From positions 494 to 64,493 of the forward strand of contig CAYFNK010000004.1 of the NCBI GenBank assembly GCA_964344555.1: a stretch of DNA of 64,000 nt, read 5' to 3'. Of the stretch, positions 23,560 to 33,230 are shown piece by piece. The first letter of the stretch is position 1. Every line of letters starts with the position of its first letter. The notes under the pieces are model-generated. The model saw only the letters and a list, made by a program, of their open reading frames with translations. It made no database searches and was not told where the DNA came from. The stretch is from Candidatus Woesearchaeota archaeon. GTDB taxonomy: Archaea > Nanobdellota > Nanobdellia > SCGC-AAA011-G17 > PNOQ01. The position numbers were made by a program, and so were the translations under genes.

Positions 23560-24771
23560 ATGAAAAAGGTTCTTGAAAATATTTTACCTAAAACTGAAGA
23601 AAAAAGTGTGTTGAAGAAGTATATTGAAGAGATTATTAACAAATTTAAATCTTTAAAAAACGTTAAATTTGTAATTGGGGGTTCTTATGCTAAGGGAACT
23701 TGGTTGTCTGAAAATAAAGAAGCAGACATTTTTGCCAAATTTAATTATGAAAAATACAGAGATAAAGATATTTCTAAAGAGTTGAAGAAATTATTAGATA
23801 AGAAAAAAATCAAAGTTGAAATCGTTCATGGTTCTAGAGATTATTATCATTTTATGGAAGAAGGAGTTCTATTTGAGATAATTCCTGTTTTAGATATAAG
23901 AGATTATAGAAAAGCATTGAACGTTACTGACGTTTCTCCGTTACATGTTAATTATGTTAAGAAAAATACAGATAAAAAATTGAAAAATGAGATAAGATTG
24001 TTAAAGCAATTTTGTAAGTCTAATGGTGTTTATGGTGCTGAAAGTTACATCAAGGGATTTTCCGGTTACGTTCTTGAAGTTTTAATTATTCACTATGGAT
24101 CTTTTAAGAAATTATTGAATGCTGCTAAGAAATGGAAGGATAAGGAAGTATTAGACCCTGCTAAACACTATAAGACTAAAAATGAAGCTTTGCTAAATTT
24201 GGATTCTTCTAAGAAAGTTTCTCCATTAATAATCATAGATCCTGTTCAAAAGAATAGGAATGTTGCTGCAGCATTAAATAAAAAAAGTTTTAATGAATTT
24301 ATTAGCCTGTCTAAACTTTATGATGGATCTGAATCTTTTTTCATGAAGAAAGAGATTAGTTTGAACAAATTAAAGGGATACAATATTTTTAAGATAACTC
24401 CTTTAGAAGGAAAGAAAGACATTGTTGGTGCTAAGTTGTTAAAGGCATTAGAAAAAACTAAGAATTCTATTGAAAGGGAAGGATTGAAAGTTTATGACTA
24501 TGGATGGAAATGGGAAGAATATGCTTATTTCTGGTTTAAAACTGATAAAACTTTACCAAGTAGAATTAAACATTATGGTCCAAAGACCAGTATGAAGAAA
24601 CATGGGGAAGCATTTAGGAAAAAATGGAAAGGAAAGAAATTAAAAAAAGAAAAAGGGAAATATTATGTTGTAATTAAAAGAGGAAAGATATATTCTAAAG
24701 ATATAATACAAGATATTTTAAAAAGAAGCGATGTAAAATCTAATTTTAGATACCAAAAAATTTATAAATAA
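23560..24771 (+). CDS. cca: CCA-adding enzyme (archaeal class I tRNA nucleotidyltransferase)
   Basis: GGSYAKGTWLSENKEADIFAKF, RLLKQFCKSNGVYGAESYIKGFSGYVLEVLIIHYGSF. Full length of 403 aa including body and tail. Confidence 0.9.
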   Translation: MKKVLENILPKTEEKSVLKKYIEEIINKFKSLKNVKFVIGGSYAKGTWLSENKEADIFAKFNYEKYRDKDISKELKKLLDKKKIKVEIVHGSRDYYHFMEEGVLFEIIPVLDIRDYRKALNVTDVSPLHVNYVKKNTDKKLKNEIRLLKQFCKSNGVYGAESYIKGFSGYVLEVLIIHYGSFKKLLNAAKKWKDKEVLDPAKHYKTKNEALLNLDSSKKVSPLIIIDPVQKNRNVAAALNKKSFNEFISLSKLYDGSESFFMKKEISLNKLKGYNIFKITPLEGKKDIVGAKLLKALEKTKNSIEREGLKVYDYGWKWEEYAYFWFKTDKTLPSRIKHYGPKTSMKKHGEAFRKKWKGKKLKKEKGKYYVVIKRGKIYSKDIIQDILKRSDVKSNFRYQKIYK

Positions 24772-24817
24772 AGTAAGATGTATAGAAAACAAGAAGTTCT
24801 AAAAAAAGGTTGTTTAA

Positions 24818-25453
24818 ATGGAAGATAAAAAACTTCATACTGGCACTACAACAGTTGGTGTCGTCTGTAAAGATGGCGTCGTTCTTGCTGCGGATAAAAG
24901 AGCTAGCGCAGGTTACTTTGTAGCTAGTAAAGATATGAATAAGATACAGAACATAACTGGCGATATGGCAGTTACTATGGCAGGATTAGTTTCTGACGCA
25001 CAATTGATAGTTAAGTTAATTGCAGCTGAGCTTAGATTAAGAAGAATGAGAATTGGTGAAGAATCTACAACTAAAGAATCTGCAAATCTTTTATCAGGAA
25101 TATTATATCAAAATATAAGAAAAATGTCAATGGTTCCAGGAATAGTTAGTTTTTTACTTGCTGGACATGATGCACGTGGAAATCATCTTTATGAACTTGG
25201 TGTTGATGGTTCTTTAACTCACATCAAAAACTTTTGCTCTACTGGTTCAGGCAGTATGTTAGCTTATGGTGTATTAGAGAGTTCATATACTGAAGGTTTA
25301 ACTGTTAAGGAAGGAATGGATTTAGCTTTGAAAGCAGTTAATACAGCTATAAATAGAGATTTGGCCACCGGTGATGGAATAGATATCTTTGTTGTGAATT
25401 CAAAAGGGGCACATAGAGTATCTTCTAGAAAGGTAGAAAAAGTAATCCAATAA
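24818..25453 (+). CDS. psmB: Proteasome beta subunit
   Basis: Propeptide followed by TTTVGVVCKDGVVLAADKRAS, with the Thr1 nucleophile after G|T. Confidence 0.95.
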   Translation: MEDKKLHTGTTTVGVVCKDGVVLAADKRASAGYFVASKDMNKIQNITGDMAVTMAGLVSDAQLIVKLIAAELRLRRMRIGEESTTKESANLLSGILYQNIRKMSMVPGIVSFLLAGHDARGNHLYELGVDGSLTHIKNFCSTGSGSMLAYGVLESSYTEGLTVKEGMDLALKAVNTAINRDLATGDGIDIFVVNSKGAHRVSSRKVEKVIQ

Positions 25454-25498
25454 AAATAGTTTTCTCTTAAAATTTGGAGAATTTTTGAATAATTGTAA

Positions 25499-27400
25499 AT
25501 GGTAGTAAAAATATTAGAAGAAATTAAGGAACTGCTTCCTTCGAATGCTAAAATATCTAGCGTTCTTTTTGAAGGTGCAAATATTGTATTGTATACTAAG
25601 AATAGGAATTTCTTTTTAGATAGTGGAGACACTATTAAGACTATAGTTGGAAATATTAAGAAAAGAGTTGAATTAAGACCAGATCCTTCTCTTTGTATGA
25701 ATGTTGAGAAAGCTGAGGAAACAATAAAAAAAATAATTCCTAAGGAAGCTGGTAAGATCGACTTGAATTTTGATATACCTAGATCAGTAGTAGTTATTGA
25801 GGCCGAAAAACCTGGTTTGGCAATTGGAAAATCTGGAGAAATATTAAAAGAGATTAAGAAAAAAACATTTTTTGTTCCTATAGTCCAAAGAATACCGTCA
25901 ATAAATTCTAAAATAGTTGAGAATATTAGGAGAGTTCTTTATGAAAGTAGTGATGAGAGAAAGAAATTCTTGAATACTGTTGGAGAAAGAATATATGGTC
26001 CTAGAAAGAGAGATAGACCTACTAAATGGGTAAGATTAGTTTTCTTAGGTGCTTCAAGACAGGTTGGAAGATCTTGTTTCTTATTACAAACTGAAGAATC
26101 AAATGTTCTTTTAGATTGTGGAATTAATGTAGCTGCTAGTGGGGATGATGCTCATCCTTTCTTTAGTGCTCCAGAATTTAAAATAAATGAGTTAGATGCT
26201 GTTATAATATCTCATTCACATTTAGATCATGTTGGATTGTTACCTTTGTTATTCAAATATGGATATAGAGGACCAGTTTATATGACTGCACCAACTAGAG
26301 ATGTAAGTTCTTTGCTTTTGTTAGATCTAATTAGTGTTGGACAAAAAGATGCAAAAGACGCGTTGTTTTCATCCACAGATATTAAGGAAATGGTAAAGCA
26401 TGTAATAACTTTAGGTTATGATGAGGTTACTGACGTTACTCCAGATGTTAGATTAACTTTCTATAATGCAGGACATATTCTGGGAAGTGCAATGTGTCAT
26501 CTACATATTGGTGAAGGATTACATAATTTACTTTATACTGGAGATATGAATTATGAGTTGACTAATTTATTGGCTCCTGCTGTAACTAAATTCCCAAGAT
26601 TGGAAACTGTTATGATTGAAACTACTTATGGTGGAAAAGATAATGTTTTAGCCTCTAGAACTGAGTGTGAAGATTATTTAATTGGAGTTATTAATAATAC
26701 AATAAAAAGGGGTGGAAAAGTTTTACTACCTGTGTTAGGAGTAGGAAGAGCTCAAGAAATACAAATTATTTTAGAAAAAGCCATGAGAGAAGGGAGAATA
26801 GAAAAAGTACCTTTCTTTTTACAAGGTATGGTTGGAGACGTAACTGCAATCCATACTGCTTATCCTGATTTTTTCAATAATAGAATAAAACAAGCGGTTT
26901 TCCATAAAGGAGAGAATCCATTTTTGTCTGAAATATTTAAACAAGTTGGATCTAGAAAAGAAATGATGCAAGTTGTTGAGGAAACCGGTCCCTGCATTAT
27001 AATGGCTACTTCTGGAATGATGACTGGAGGAGCTTCTGTGGATTATTTTAAACATTTGGCAAACGATTCTAAGAATTCGATGGTATTAACTTGTTATCAG
27101 GGCCCAGGATCACTAGGTAAAAGATTACAAGATGGGGAGAAAGAAGTAATGTTTCAAGAAGGGAATAAACAAGTTCCAATTAAAGTTGGGATGGACATTC
27201 ATTCTATTCATGGATTTACAGGGCATTCAGATAGAAAACAATTAGTTAACTTTATTGGTAAATTAAATCCTAAACCTAAGAAATTGATTGCTATTCATGG
27301 TGAACAATCTAGATCTTTAGATTTTGCTAGTTCTATTCATAAGATGTTTAGAATGGAAACTACAGTTCCAAAAGCAATGGAGTCTATTAGATTAAGATAG
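25499..27400 (+). CDS. aCPSF1: KH-domain / metallo-beta-lactamase / beta-CASP ribonuclease
   Basis: N-terminal KH-like region, then HSHLDHVG, YNAGHILGS and a C-terminal HGE motif. The 633-aa length matches archaeal CPSF1. Confidence 0.9.
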   Translation: MVVKILEEIKELLPSNAKISSVLFEGANIVLYTKNRNFFLDSGDTIKTIVGNIKKRVELRPDPSLCMNVEKAEETIKKIIPKEAGKIDLNFDIPRSVVVIEAEKPGLAIGKSGEILKEIKKKTFFVPIVQRIPSINSKIVENIRRVLYESSDERKKFLNTVGERIYGPRKRDRPTKWVRLVFLGASRQVGRSCFLLQTEESNVLLDCGINVAASGDDAHPFFSAPEFKINELDAVIISHSHLDHVGLLPLLFKYGYRGPVYMTAPTRDVSSLLLLDLISVGQKDAKDALFSSTDIKEMVKHVITLGYDEVTDVTPDVRLTFYNAGHILGSAMCHLHIGEGLHNLLYTGDMNYELTNLLAPAVTKFPRLETVMIETTYGGKDNVLASRTECEDYLIGVINNTIKRGGKVLLPVLGVGRAQEIQIILEKAMREGRIEKVPFFLQGMVGDVTAIHTAYPDFFNNRIKQAVFHKGENPFLSEIFKQVGSRKEMMQVVEETGPCIIMATSGMMTGGASVDYFKHLANDSKNSMVLTCYQGPGSLGKRLQDGEKEVMFQEGNKQVPIKVGMDIHSIHGFTGHSDRKQLVNFIGKLNPKPKKLIAIHGEQSRSLDFASSIHKMFRMETTVPKAMESIRLR

Positions 27401-27468
27401 TTGTTTCTTTTAAGTAGTAACAAATAGTAAGACTTATAAACCTAGATTTTTCTATATTTTTAACAAAA

Positions 27469-27699
27469 ATGAAAGATTTGGTCCAAGAAATAAGTCATGA
27501 AGGAGAAAAGATCTCTAGGGGGTTTGATATGCTTAGAGAGGATGATTCAATGGATGATTCTGATATTGATAATCATTATTCTTCAGGAAAAGATAGTGAA
27601 TTAAGCTATTTGGAGATGCATTTCTTAGACAAACATTACAACTTAGATACTAAAAAAAGATATTGTGAACATAGTAGGTGTAATTATATTATAAAATGA
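27469..27699 (+). CDS. Small acidic hypothetical protein
   Basis: 76-aa ORF with a 4-nt overlap with the next gene. Confidence 0.3.
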   Translation: MKDLVQEISHEGEKISRGFDMLREDDSMDDSDIDNHYSSGKDSELSYLEMHFLDKHYNLDTKKRYCEHSRCNYIIK

Positions 27700-28178
27700 A
27701 AGATTTAATTAAAATATTGTTAATAACTTTAGTATTTATGCTTGGATGGACTTCAAGTTATGTTTATAGTGGAACCTCTCTTGAAAATCCTTCAAGTTTT
27801 GTTTCAGATGAATTAATTTCACCTCAAAGTAGAATTAGTGAGGATGATGTTTATATTTTTGGAGATCATATTTTAATTGAAATTAGTGATGCTTCAGGTG
27901 CTATTTATGCAGATACTAATTCAATGGATCCAGTTTTGGATGATGGTGCAATTGGTTTAGAAATAGTTCCTAGTTCAGAAGATAGTATTCATATTGGAGA
28001 TATAGTTAGTTTTAGAACATATTGGAGTAATAGTTTGATTGTTCATAGAGTTATTATGATTGGAGAAGATGATCAAGGTTGGTATTGTATAACTAAAGGA
28101 GATAATAGTGCTTTTACTGATCCTGGTAAATTAAGATTTGAAGATATTGAATATGTTTTAATTGGAGTTTTATACTAA
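27696..28178 (+). CDS. Signal peptidase I (archaeal/eukaryal S26B type)
   Basis: N-terminal TM, NSMDPVL (Ser box), HRVI (His box), KGDNS. Confidence 0.7.
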   Translation: MKDLIKILLITLVFMLGWTSSYVYSGTSLENPSSFVSDELISPQSRISEDDVYIFGDHILIEISDASGAIYADTNSMDPVLDDGAIGLEIVPSSEDSIHIGDIVSFRTYWSNSLIVHRVIMIGEDDQGWYCITKGDNSAFTDPGKLRFEDIEYVLIGVLY

Positions 28179-29000
28179 TAATCCTATTAAATAACCTAAA
28201 AATATTCCTGCCCCTATAAACGGCATTGCAGGATAGAACTTATTTTTTTTACTGAATACTAAAAGTCCTAAAAGGGCCAGAGCTGAGAATATTGCAACTA
28301 AAGAAGCGTCTAAAAATCCTGTTTCTTTTAAGACAACACCTGCAAATAACATAGGGAAACCAATATCTCCCCCCCCAAGTATTGCTGTTTTTGTAAATGC
28401 TTTTACTTTCTTCTTTGTTTTTTTATCTGTGATTGTTTTTCTTGCATAAGGTATTGCTAAACCTGCAAACACTTTTGCTTTTGCTTGGAATTTAGCTAGT
28501 TTTATCATGTGTTTTGTTTTCCAAACCGCTATAGCGTCGTAGGCCATTATTAATAATAAAAGTATACTTATTGATAAAACACTTAGTATTGGGACAAATA
28601 GTGCTGCTATTCCTGCGTAAACAAATAGTTCTACAAAATTGTGAGAAATTATGCTTGGTCTGAGATATCTTAAGGAGGTAAATAAAACTGCTCCACTTAA
28701 AGCTATTCCTTGAGTTACAAATGCTCCGAAAGCGATTGTTAGTAAATATAATGATGCTAAGAAGAACCAAATCTTCCATATTCTTTCTGCTCCAAGTTTA
28801 ATCAATAATAATGCTAAACCTGTTGCTATTACTACTGCAAATATTAATGGGATGTAACTAACTTCTTCTTGAAATTCTGGTCTTTCTATTCCAAAAGGTA
28901 GTTCTTGAACTGAGTATAAATCTACTATATATAATCCTATAAACTGTGCTGCTAAAAATAATCCTACAATAATTAAAGAAACTTTTATGTTGTGTTTCAT
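28170..29000 (-). CDS. Presenilin/signal-peptide-peptidase homologue (A22 aspartyl intramembrane protease)
   Basis: Polytopic protein with MAYDAIAV (YD), LGGGDIGFP (GxGD) and YPAMPFI (PAL-like) motifs. Confidence 0.75.
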   Translation of the reverse strand: MKHNIKVSLIIVGLFLAAQFIGLYIVDLYSVQELPFGIERPEFQEEVSYIPLIFAVVIATGLALLLIKLGAERIWKIWFFLASLYLLTIAFGAFVTQGIALSGAVLFTSLRYLRPSIISHNFVELFVYAGIAALFVPILSVLSISILLLLIMAYDAIAVWKTKHMIKLAKFQAKAKVFAGLAIPYARKTITDKKTKKKVKAFTKTAILGGGDIGFPMLFAGVVLKETGFLDASLVAIFSALALLGLLVFSKKNKFYPAMPFIGAGIFLGYLIGLLV

Positions 29001-29054
29001 ATTGTTCTTTTAATAAGTTTGTTTAAAAGTTTTTTTATATTTTAAAGATAAAAA

Positions 29055-29066
29055 GTTATTTAAATC
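29055..29066 (+). promoter_or_regulatory. TATA box for tRNA-Trp
   Basis: GTTATTTAAATC ends 25 nt upstream of 29091. Confidence 0.45.
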
Positions 29067-29090
29067 AATGATTTGTATGTTTTTTATCAA

Positions 29091-29181
29091 GGGGCTATAG
29101 TTCAACAGCAGAATACCGGTCTCCAGAATATTTAAAAAATGGAGTAAACCGGCGATGGGAGTGCAAATCTCTCTGGCCCCA
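29091..29181 (+). tRNA. tRNA-Trp(CCA) with a 20-nt canonical intron (29127..29146)
   Basis: GGGGCTA TA GTTC AACAGCA GAAT A CCGGT CTCCAG[AATATTTAAAAAATGGAGTA]A ACCGG CGAT GGGAG TGCAAAT CTCTC TGGCCCC A. BHB: CTCC pairs with GGAG, bulges AGA and TAA. Confidence 0.85.
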
Positions 29182-29234
29182 TATAGTTAATTTTAAATAT
29201 TTAATATCATCAAGAATTCTTAATATATTCCGAG

Positions 29235-29558
29235 GTGAAATTAATGTATATGAACGAAGACGTTGCTTATGAGAAAAAAAGAAATTCTAAAACAAAGTTA
29301 CATACTGCAGATTTAAGAAAAGTTAAGTTGTATACTCATTTGGGAGATGCTGTTTCTAATGGGGATTGGAATAATGCTGAAAGATATTTTGATAAAATAA
29401 AAGATCCTAAAAGAGAGAAATATAGGCACTTACCTGGAGTTAATGCATCTGAACAAACGAGATTGATTGGAGAACTAGAAGCTATTATTGATTCCAAAGA
29501 AAAGACTGCTGTGATTTTCTTTTTAGATGAAGAAGGTAATTTAAAGTATAATATTTAG
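29235..29558 (+). CDS. Hypothetical protein
   Basis: 107-aa ORF with a GTG start in the track; ATGs lie at codons 4 and 6. Confidence 0.35.
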   Translation: MKLMYMNEDVAYEKKRNSKTKLHTADLRKVKLYTHLGDAVSNGDWNNAERYFDKIKDPKREKYRHLPGVNASEQTRLIGELEAIIDSKEKTAVIFFLDEEGNLKYNI

Positions 29559-29559
29559 A

Positions 29560-30183
29560 ATGAAAAAACTAATTACTTCTTTACTTACTTCATTTTATTT
29601 ACTTTCTCCATTGAATTCACAAGATAGTATAAAACTTAGTTCTGATAAATGGATATTGCCGGATTTTGAAATTACTTATGTTAGAGATAAAAATCAAAGT
29701 GCTCTTGAAGGTAAATTAAATGATATAATTAGTTTTGAATACATTGAAAACAAATATCCTTCTGGAGATCTGCATATCTATGAAAGATTTAATGATTTGT
29801 ATACTAATTATTTTTTTAGAAGGGGAAATCCTTCTGTTAATGTAGATTTTGAGAATGATAGAGGTGAAACTGGACTTATTAAAGAAGATGTTTCTGCTAC
29901 TACTGTTAATACTACTATTGATAAATTTTTAGATGGAAATGCTAAAGAAGACGAATACAAAATTATGGCTGGTGAAGGATTTTATGATATAGTTGTTAAT
30001 AAACTTGAAGATACTGATTCTTCTGTTGTTTATCAAGTTCCGCTTGGTTATAAACCATTAAATATTGAAAATGCTATAGTTCATTTTAAGAAAGATTCCG
30101 GTAAGTTAACTCCTGAGAAAGTTTTTATTGATTTTCCTTGGTATTTATCATTTTTAGATTATAAATTGGAGAGAAGAGAGTAA
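29560..30183 (+). CDS. Secreted hypothetical protein
   Basis: Signal-like MKKLITSLLTSFYLLSPLNSQD. Confidence 0.45.
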   Translation: MKKLITSLLTSFYLLSPLNSQDSIKLSSDKWILPDFEITYVRDKNQSALEGKLNDIISFEYIENKYPSGDLHIYERFNDLYTNYFFRRGNPSVNVDFENDRGETGLIKEDVSATTVNTTIDKFLDGNAKEDEYKIMAGEGFYDIVVNKLEDTDSSVVYQVPLGYKPLNIENAIVHFKKDSGKLTPEKVFIDFPWYLSFLDYKLERRE

Positions 30184-30283
30184 AATATATAACCAATGGT
30201 TGGTTATGGATTAGGGCTGGTGTTTTCTTTTTTTAGGAATTTCTTTAGAAATCTTTAAATAACTAAAATTTAGAATTTATTCT

Positions 30284-31351
30284 ATGAAAGTTACACCTTA
30301 TGAAGTAAAGGGAGAAGTCAACTATGATAAAGTTGTAAAGGAGTTTGGAGCAACTCTTATAGAAAGTAAACTAAAAGATAAATTAAAAGGAATAAGACTA
30401 GTTGATAAAAATATATTTTTTGCTCATAGGGATTTAGATAAAATATTAAAAAAAGATTTTGCAATTGTTTCTGGACGTGGACCTTCTCAAAAAATGACGT
30501 TAGCTCATTTATTTATTTTTAAATTTGTTAAAGAAATGCAAGATAAATTTGGATGTAGAGTTTTTATCCCTTTCTCAGATGATGAGAAGTTCTTATTTAA
30601 TCAAAAATTAAATTTTGAAGATTCTAGAAAATTTGCTCATGATAATTTATTAGATATAATTGCTTTAGGTTTTGATCCTAAGAAAACAGAAATTATAGTT
30701 GATTTTGAAAATATGGACCAAGAATTATATAATCTAGCAATAAGATGTTCCAAAACTATAACAAATAGTACTGTAAAATCTGCTTTTGGATTTAAAGATA
30801 GCAAAAATGTGGGGATTAATTTTTATCCAGCTATGCAGGCAGCACATATATTGTATCCTACTGTTAAGCATAATCTTCCTTCTTTAGTTGTTGTAGGAAT
30901 TGACCAAGATGTATTTATTAAACTATCAAGAGATGTTGCGCATAAGTTAAAATTAAATAAGCCTGGAGATATATTGTCTAAGTTTTTACCGAGTCTATTG
31001 GGTAAGTCTAAAATGTCTGCTTCTGATCCTAATTCTGCTATTTATACAACAGATTCAATGAAAGATGTTGGAAAGAAAATAAAAAAAGCATTTTCCGGTG
31101 GAAGAGATACTGTTGAAGAGCATAGAAAAAAAGGAGGAAATCCAGATATTGATGTTTGTTGTCAATATTTGAATTTATTTTTAGAAGATGATGAAAAAAA
31201 ATTAAAAGAAATATATGATAACTATAAATCGGGAGAGTTATTAACTGGAGAATTAAAAAAATATACTATTGAAAAATTACAAAAATTCTTGAAAGAACAT
31301 CAAAAAAATAGAGAAAAAGCTAAATCTCAAATAAAGAAGTTTTTAGTCTAA
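30284..31351 (+). CDS. trpS: Tryptophanyl-tRNA synthetase (archaeal/eukaryotic type)
   Basis: VSGRGPS...TLAHL (variant HIGH), KMSASDPNSAIY, AFSGGRDTVEEHRKKGGNPDIDV and LTGELKK closely parallel eukaryotic/archaeal TrpRS. Confidence 0.93.
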   Translation: MKVTPYEVKGEVNYDKVVKEFGATLIESKLKDKLKGIRLVDKNIFFAHRDLDKILKKDFAIVSGRGPSQKMTLAHLFIFKFVKEMQDKFGCRVFIPFSDDEKFLFNQKLNFEDSRKFAHDNLLDIIALGFDPKKTEIIVDFENMDQELYNLAIRCSKTITNSTVKSAFGFKDSKNVGINFYPAMQAAHILYPTVKHNLPSLVVVGIDQDVFIKLSRDVAHKLKLNKPGDILSKFLPSLLGKSKMSASDPNSAIYTTDSMKDVGKKIKKAFSGGRDTVEEHRKKGGNPDIDVCCQYLNLFLEDDEKKLKEIYDNYKSGELLTGELKKYTIEKLQKFLKEHQKNREKAKSQIKKFLV

Positions 31352-31385
31352 TTTTTACCACCAATTGATAATAAAAATAGTAAAG

Positions 31386-31394
31386 CTTATAAAA
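31386..31394 (+). promoter_or_regulatory. TATA box
   Basis: CTTATAAAA ends 23 nt before ATG 31418. Confidence 0.45.
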
Positions 31395-31417
31395 GGTTCA
31401 GGTTCTATTATATTAAA

Positions 31418-31741
31418 ATGGAAGATAAAACTTTAGTTGGATTAGGTATGAATAAGTCAATTGGAAATAAGATAATTAGAAGAATGAATTTAAATAGAGA
31501 TAATTTTTCTGGAGAGGAATGTACAGAATATTTTAATTTAAGATCTAATGATTTAAGAGATAGAATGAATAAAATTTTTCCAGGAGAATATAAATTTATG
31601 GATTTTGGAAATGAACATATATTCGAAACTCTAGGAGATAGATACTTTGTCCATTATATGATTGATAATGATGATTTATTTAAGGTTACTGAGGCAGTTC
31701 CTAAGTATGGCTTAATTAATAAGATAGAAAATGATCGTTGA
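31418..31741 (+). CDS. Hypothetical protein
   Basis: 107-aa ORF overlapping the TrmB-like gene start by 11 nt. Confidence 0.4.
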   Translation: MEDKTLVGLGMNKSIGNKIIRRMNLNRDNFSGEECTEYFNLRSNDLRDRMNKIFPGEYKFMDFGNEHIFETLGDRYFVHYMIDNDDLFKVTEAVPKYGLINKIENDR

Positions 31742-32501
31742 TAAAGATTTATTGAAAAAACTAAGATCTTCTTTTGATCTTAATGAGTATGAAGTTAAAA
31801 TTTGGACAGCTTTGCTTTCTAAAGGGGTAGCTACTGCTGGAGAACTTGCTGAGATAAGTAACGTTCCAAGATCAAGAAGTTATGATGTTCTAGAATCTTT
31901 AGAGAAGAGAGGATTTATTATAGTTAAATTAGGTAAACCAATTAAATATATTGCTGTTAGTCCTGATGATGTTCTAACTAGAGTTAAGAAAGAAGTCTTA
32001 ACTAATGCTGAATCTCAAGTTAAATACATTTCAAAAGTTGGAGATGAGGAATTTTTTAATGAAATAAATTTACTTTATAAGAACGGGATAGATCACGTTG
32101 ATCCTTCTACTTTATCTGGTTTGGTTCAAGGTAGAAAAAATATTTATAATCAAATAGAATCAATGATTAAAAATGCTAAAGAAAGTGTTATAATTTCTAC
32201 TAGTAAAACAGGATTGAAAAGAAAGTTGGATTTATTTAGCACTATCTTAGATAAACTTTCTAAGAAAGGAGTTAATATTAAAATTGCTTCTCCTGAAATT
32301 GAAGGTTTTGATACTAGTGCTGAGTTAAAATCATTTGAAAACTTTGATGCAAGATTTATTTTAGTAGATGGTAAGGAATTATTGTTTATGTTAAATGGTG
32401 ATGAAGCAAGAGATATGGCAGATATGGGAGTTTGGATTAATAGTCCTTATTTCGTTAATGCAATGTCAAGTATGTTTGATGCAGCTTGGAAACAAAAATA
32501 A
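31731..32501 (+). CDS. trmB: TrmB-family transcriptional regulator
   Basis: N-terminal wHTH LNEYEVKIWTALLSKGVATAGELAEISNVPRSRSYDVLESLEKRGFI, plus a C-terminal TrmB-type domain. Confidence 0.8.
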   Translation: MIVDKDLLKKLRSSFDLNEYEVKIWTALLSKGVATAGELAEISNVPRSRSYDVLESLEKRGFIIVKLGKPIKYIAVSPDDVLTRVKKEVLTNAESQVKYISKVGDEEFFNEINLLYKNGIDHVDPSTLSGLVQGRKNIYNQIESMIKNAKESVIISTSKTGLKRKLDLFSTILDKLSKKGVNIKIASPEIEGFDTSAELKSFENFDARFILVDGKELLFMLNGDEARDMADMGVWINSPYFVNAMSSMFDAAWKQK

Positions 32502-32529
32502 TTTAAATGATTAAAGGTTATATAAAAAG

Positions 32530-32712
32530 ATGTATAATACAAATTTAGAATATCAAAATACGCCTCAAGATTATAATGTTTCTATGAGTTTGTATAAGAG
32601 TCTTGATAATTTAATTGGTAATTATTCTACTGAAACTAAATCAAGTGGTGTTCTTTCTGAATTTGCTACTCATGAACCTTTTACTTGCGGTTGTGACTAT
32701 CATAATCACTAA
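32530..32712 (+). CDS. Small hypothetical protein
   Basis: 60-aa ORF with no motif. Confidence 0.25.
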   Translation: MYNTNLEYQNTPQDYNVSMSLYKSLDNLIGNYSTETKSSGVLSEFATHEPFTCGCDYHNH

Positions 32713-32750
32713 ACGTAACTTATTTATATTTTCTATAAACTAATTATTAC

Positions 32751-33002
32751 ATGGCTGAAGGAGATCAATATCGTTGTGACTGGTGTACTTTCTCTTGGAG
32801 AACTAAAAGCGATTCCAATCCAATAAGGTGTCCTAGTTGTGGACATGGTAATATAATTAATGAAGCAGAGAGTTTTAGAAAAATATTAGGTAAAGAAAAT
32901 ATTCTTGATGTAGATAAGAAACTTAAAAAGAAACCTGAAGTTGTTGAAGAAGAAGTTGAAGAAGAAAAAGGTTTTTTCTCTAAAATATTTAAGAAAAAAT
33001 GA
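32751..33002 (+). CDS. Zinc-ribbon protein with an acidic/basic tail
   Basis: YRCDWCTFSWRTKSDSNPIRCPSCGHG has the same pattern as the 22411 ORF. Confidence 0.45.
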   Translation: MAEGDQYRCDWCTFSWRTKSDSNPIRCPSCGHGNIINEAESFRKILGKENILDVDKKLKKKPEVVEEEVEEEKGFFSKIFKKK

Positions 33003-33074
33003 AGGAAGTTTTTGTGTTCTTTTTTCACCCTTAGCTTTATGCATAAGTCAAAAAGTGTGGTTGAAACTTCCTAA

Positions 33075-33194
33075 TCCCACCACCAGGATTCGAACCTGGG
33101 ACCCCCCGGGTACGGCTGACCATCTTTCATCTAAGGTTTATACCTAATCGGATAGCATCTACAGCCGAGTGCTCTACCGCTGAGCTATAGTGGG
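33075..33194 (-). tRNA. tRNA-Tyr(GTA) with an intron of about 48 nt (about 33111..33158)
   Basis: Minus-strand read: CCCACTA TA GCTC AGCGGTA GAGC A CTCGG CTGTAG[...48 nt...]C CCGGG GGGTC CCAGG TTCGAAT CCTGG TGGTGGG A. The C1-G72 pair and A73 are the archaeal/eukaryal Tyr identity set. Confidence 0.85.
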
Positions 33195-33216
33195 ATGATA
33201 AGAACAAAATCTTTTA

Positions 33217-33226
33217 TTTTATAAAT
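33217..33226 (-). promoter_or_regulatory. TATA box for tRNA-Tyr
   Basis: Minus-strand TTTATAAAAT lies about 23 nt upstream of 33194. Confidence 0.45.
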
Positions 33227-33230
33227 CTAA

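Noticed and set aside
25264-25632. Minus-strand 122-aa ORF spanning the psmB end and the aCPSF1 start.
   Set aside because: It overlaps two well-supported plus-strand genes and their intergenic promoter, and has no motif.
32765-33147. ORFs 32765..33028 (-) and 32941..33147 (+).
   Set aside because: The first is antisense to the zinc-ribbon gene. The second runs through the tRNA-Tyr gene on the opposite strand. The tRNA explains the sequence conservation.
33111-33158. Possibility that the long tRNA-Tyr intron (or the tRNA-Trp intron) encodes a box C/D guide RNA, as in some haloarchaeal tRNA-Trp introns.
   Set aside because: No RUGAUGA (C box) or correctly placed CUGA (D box) could be found in either intron.
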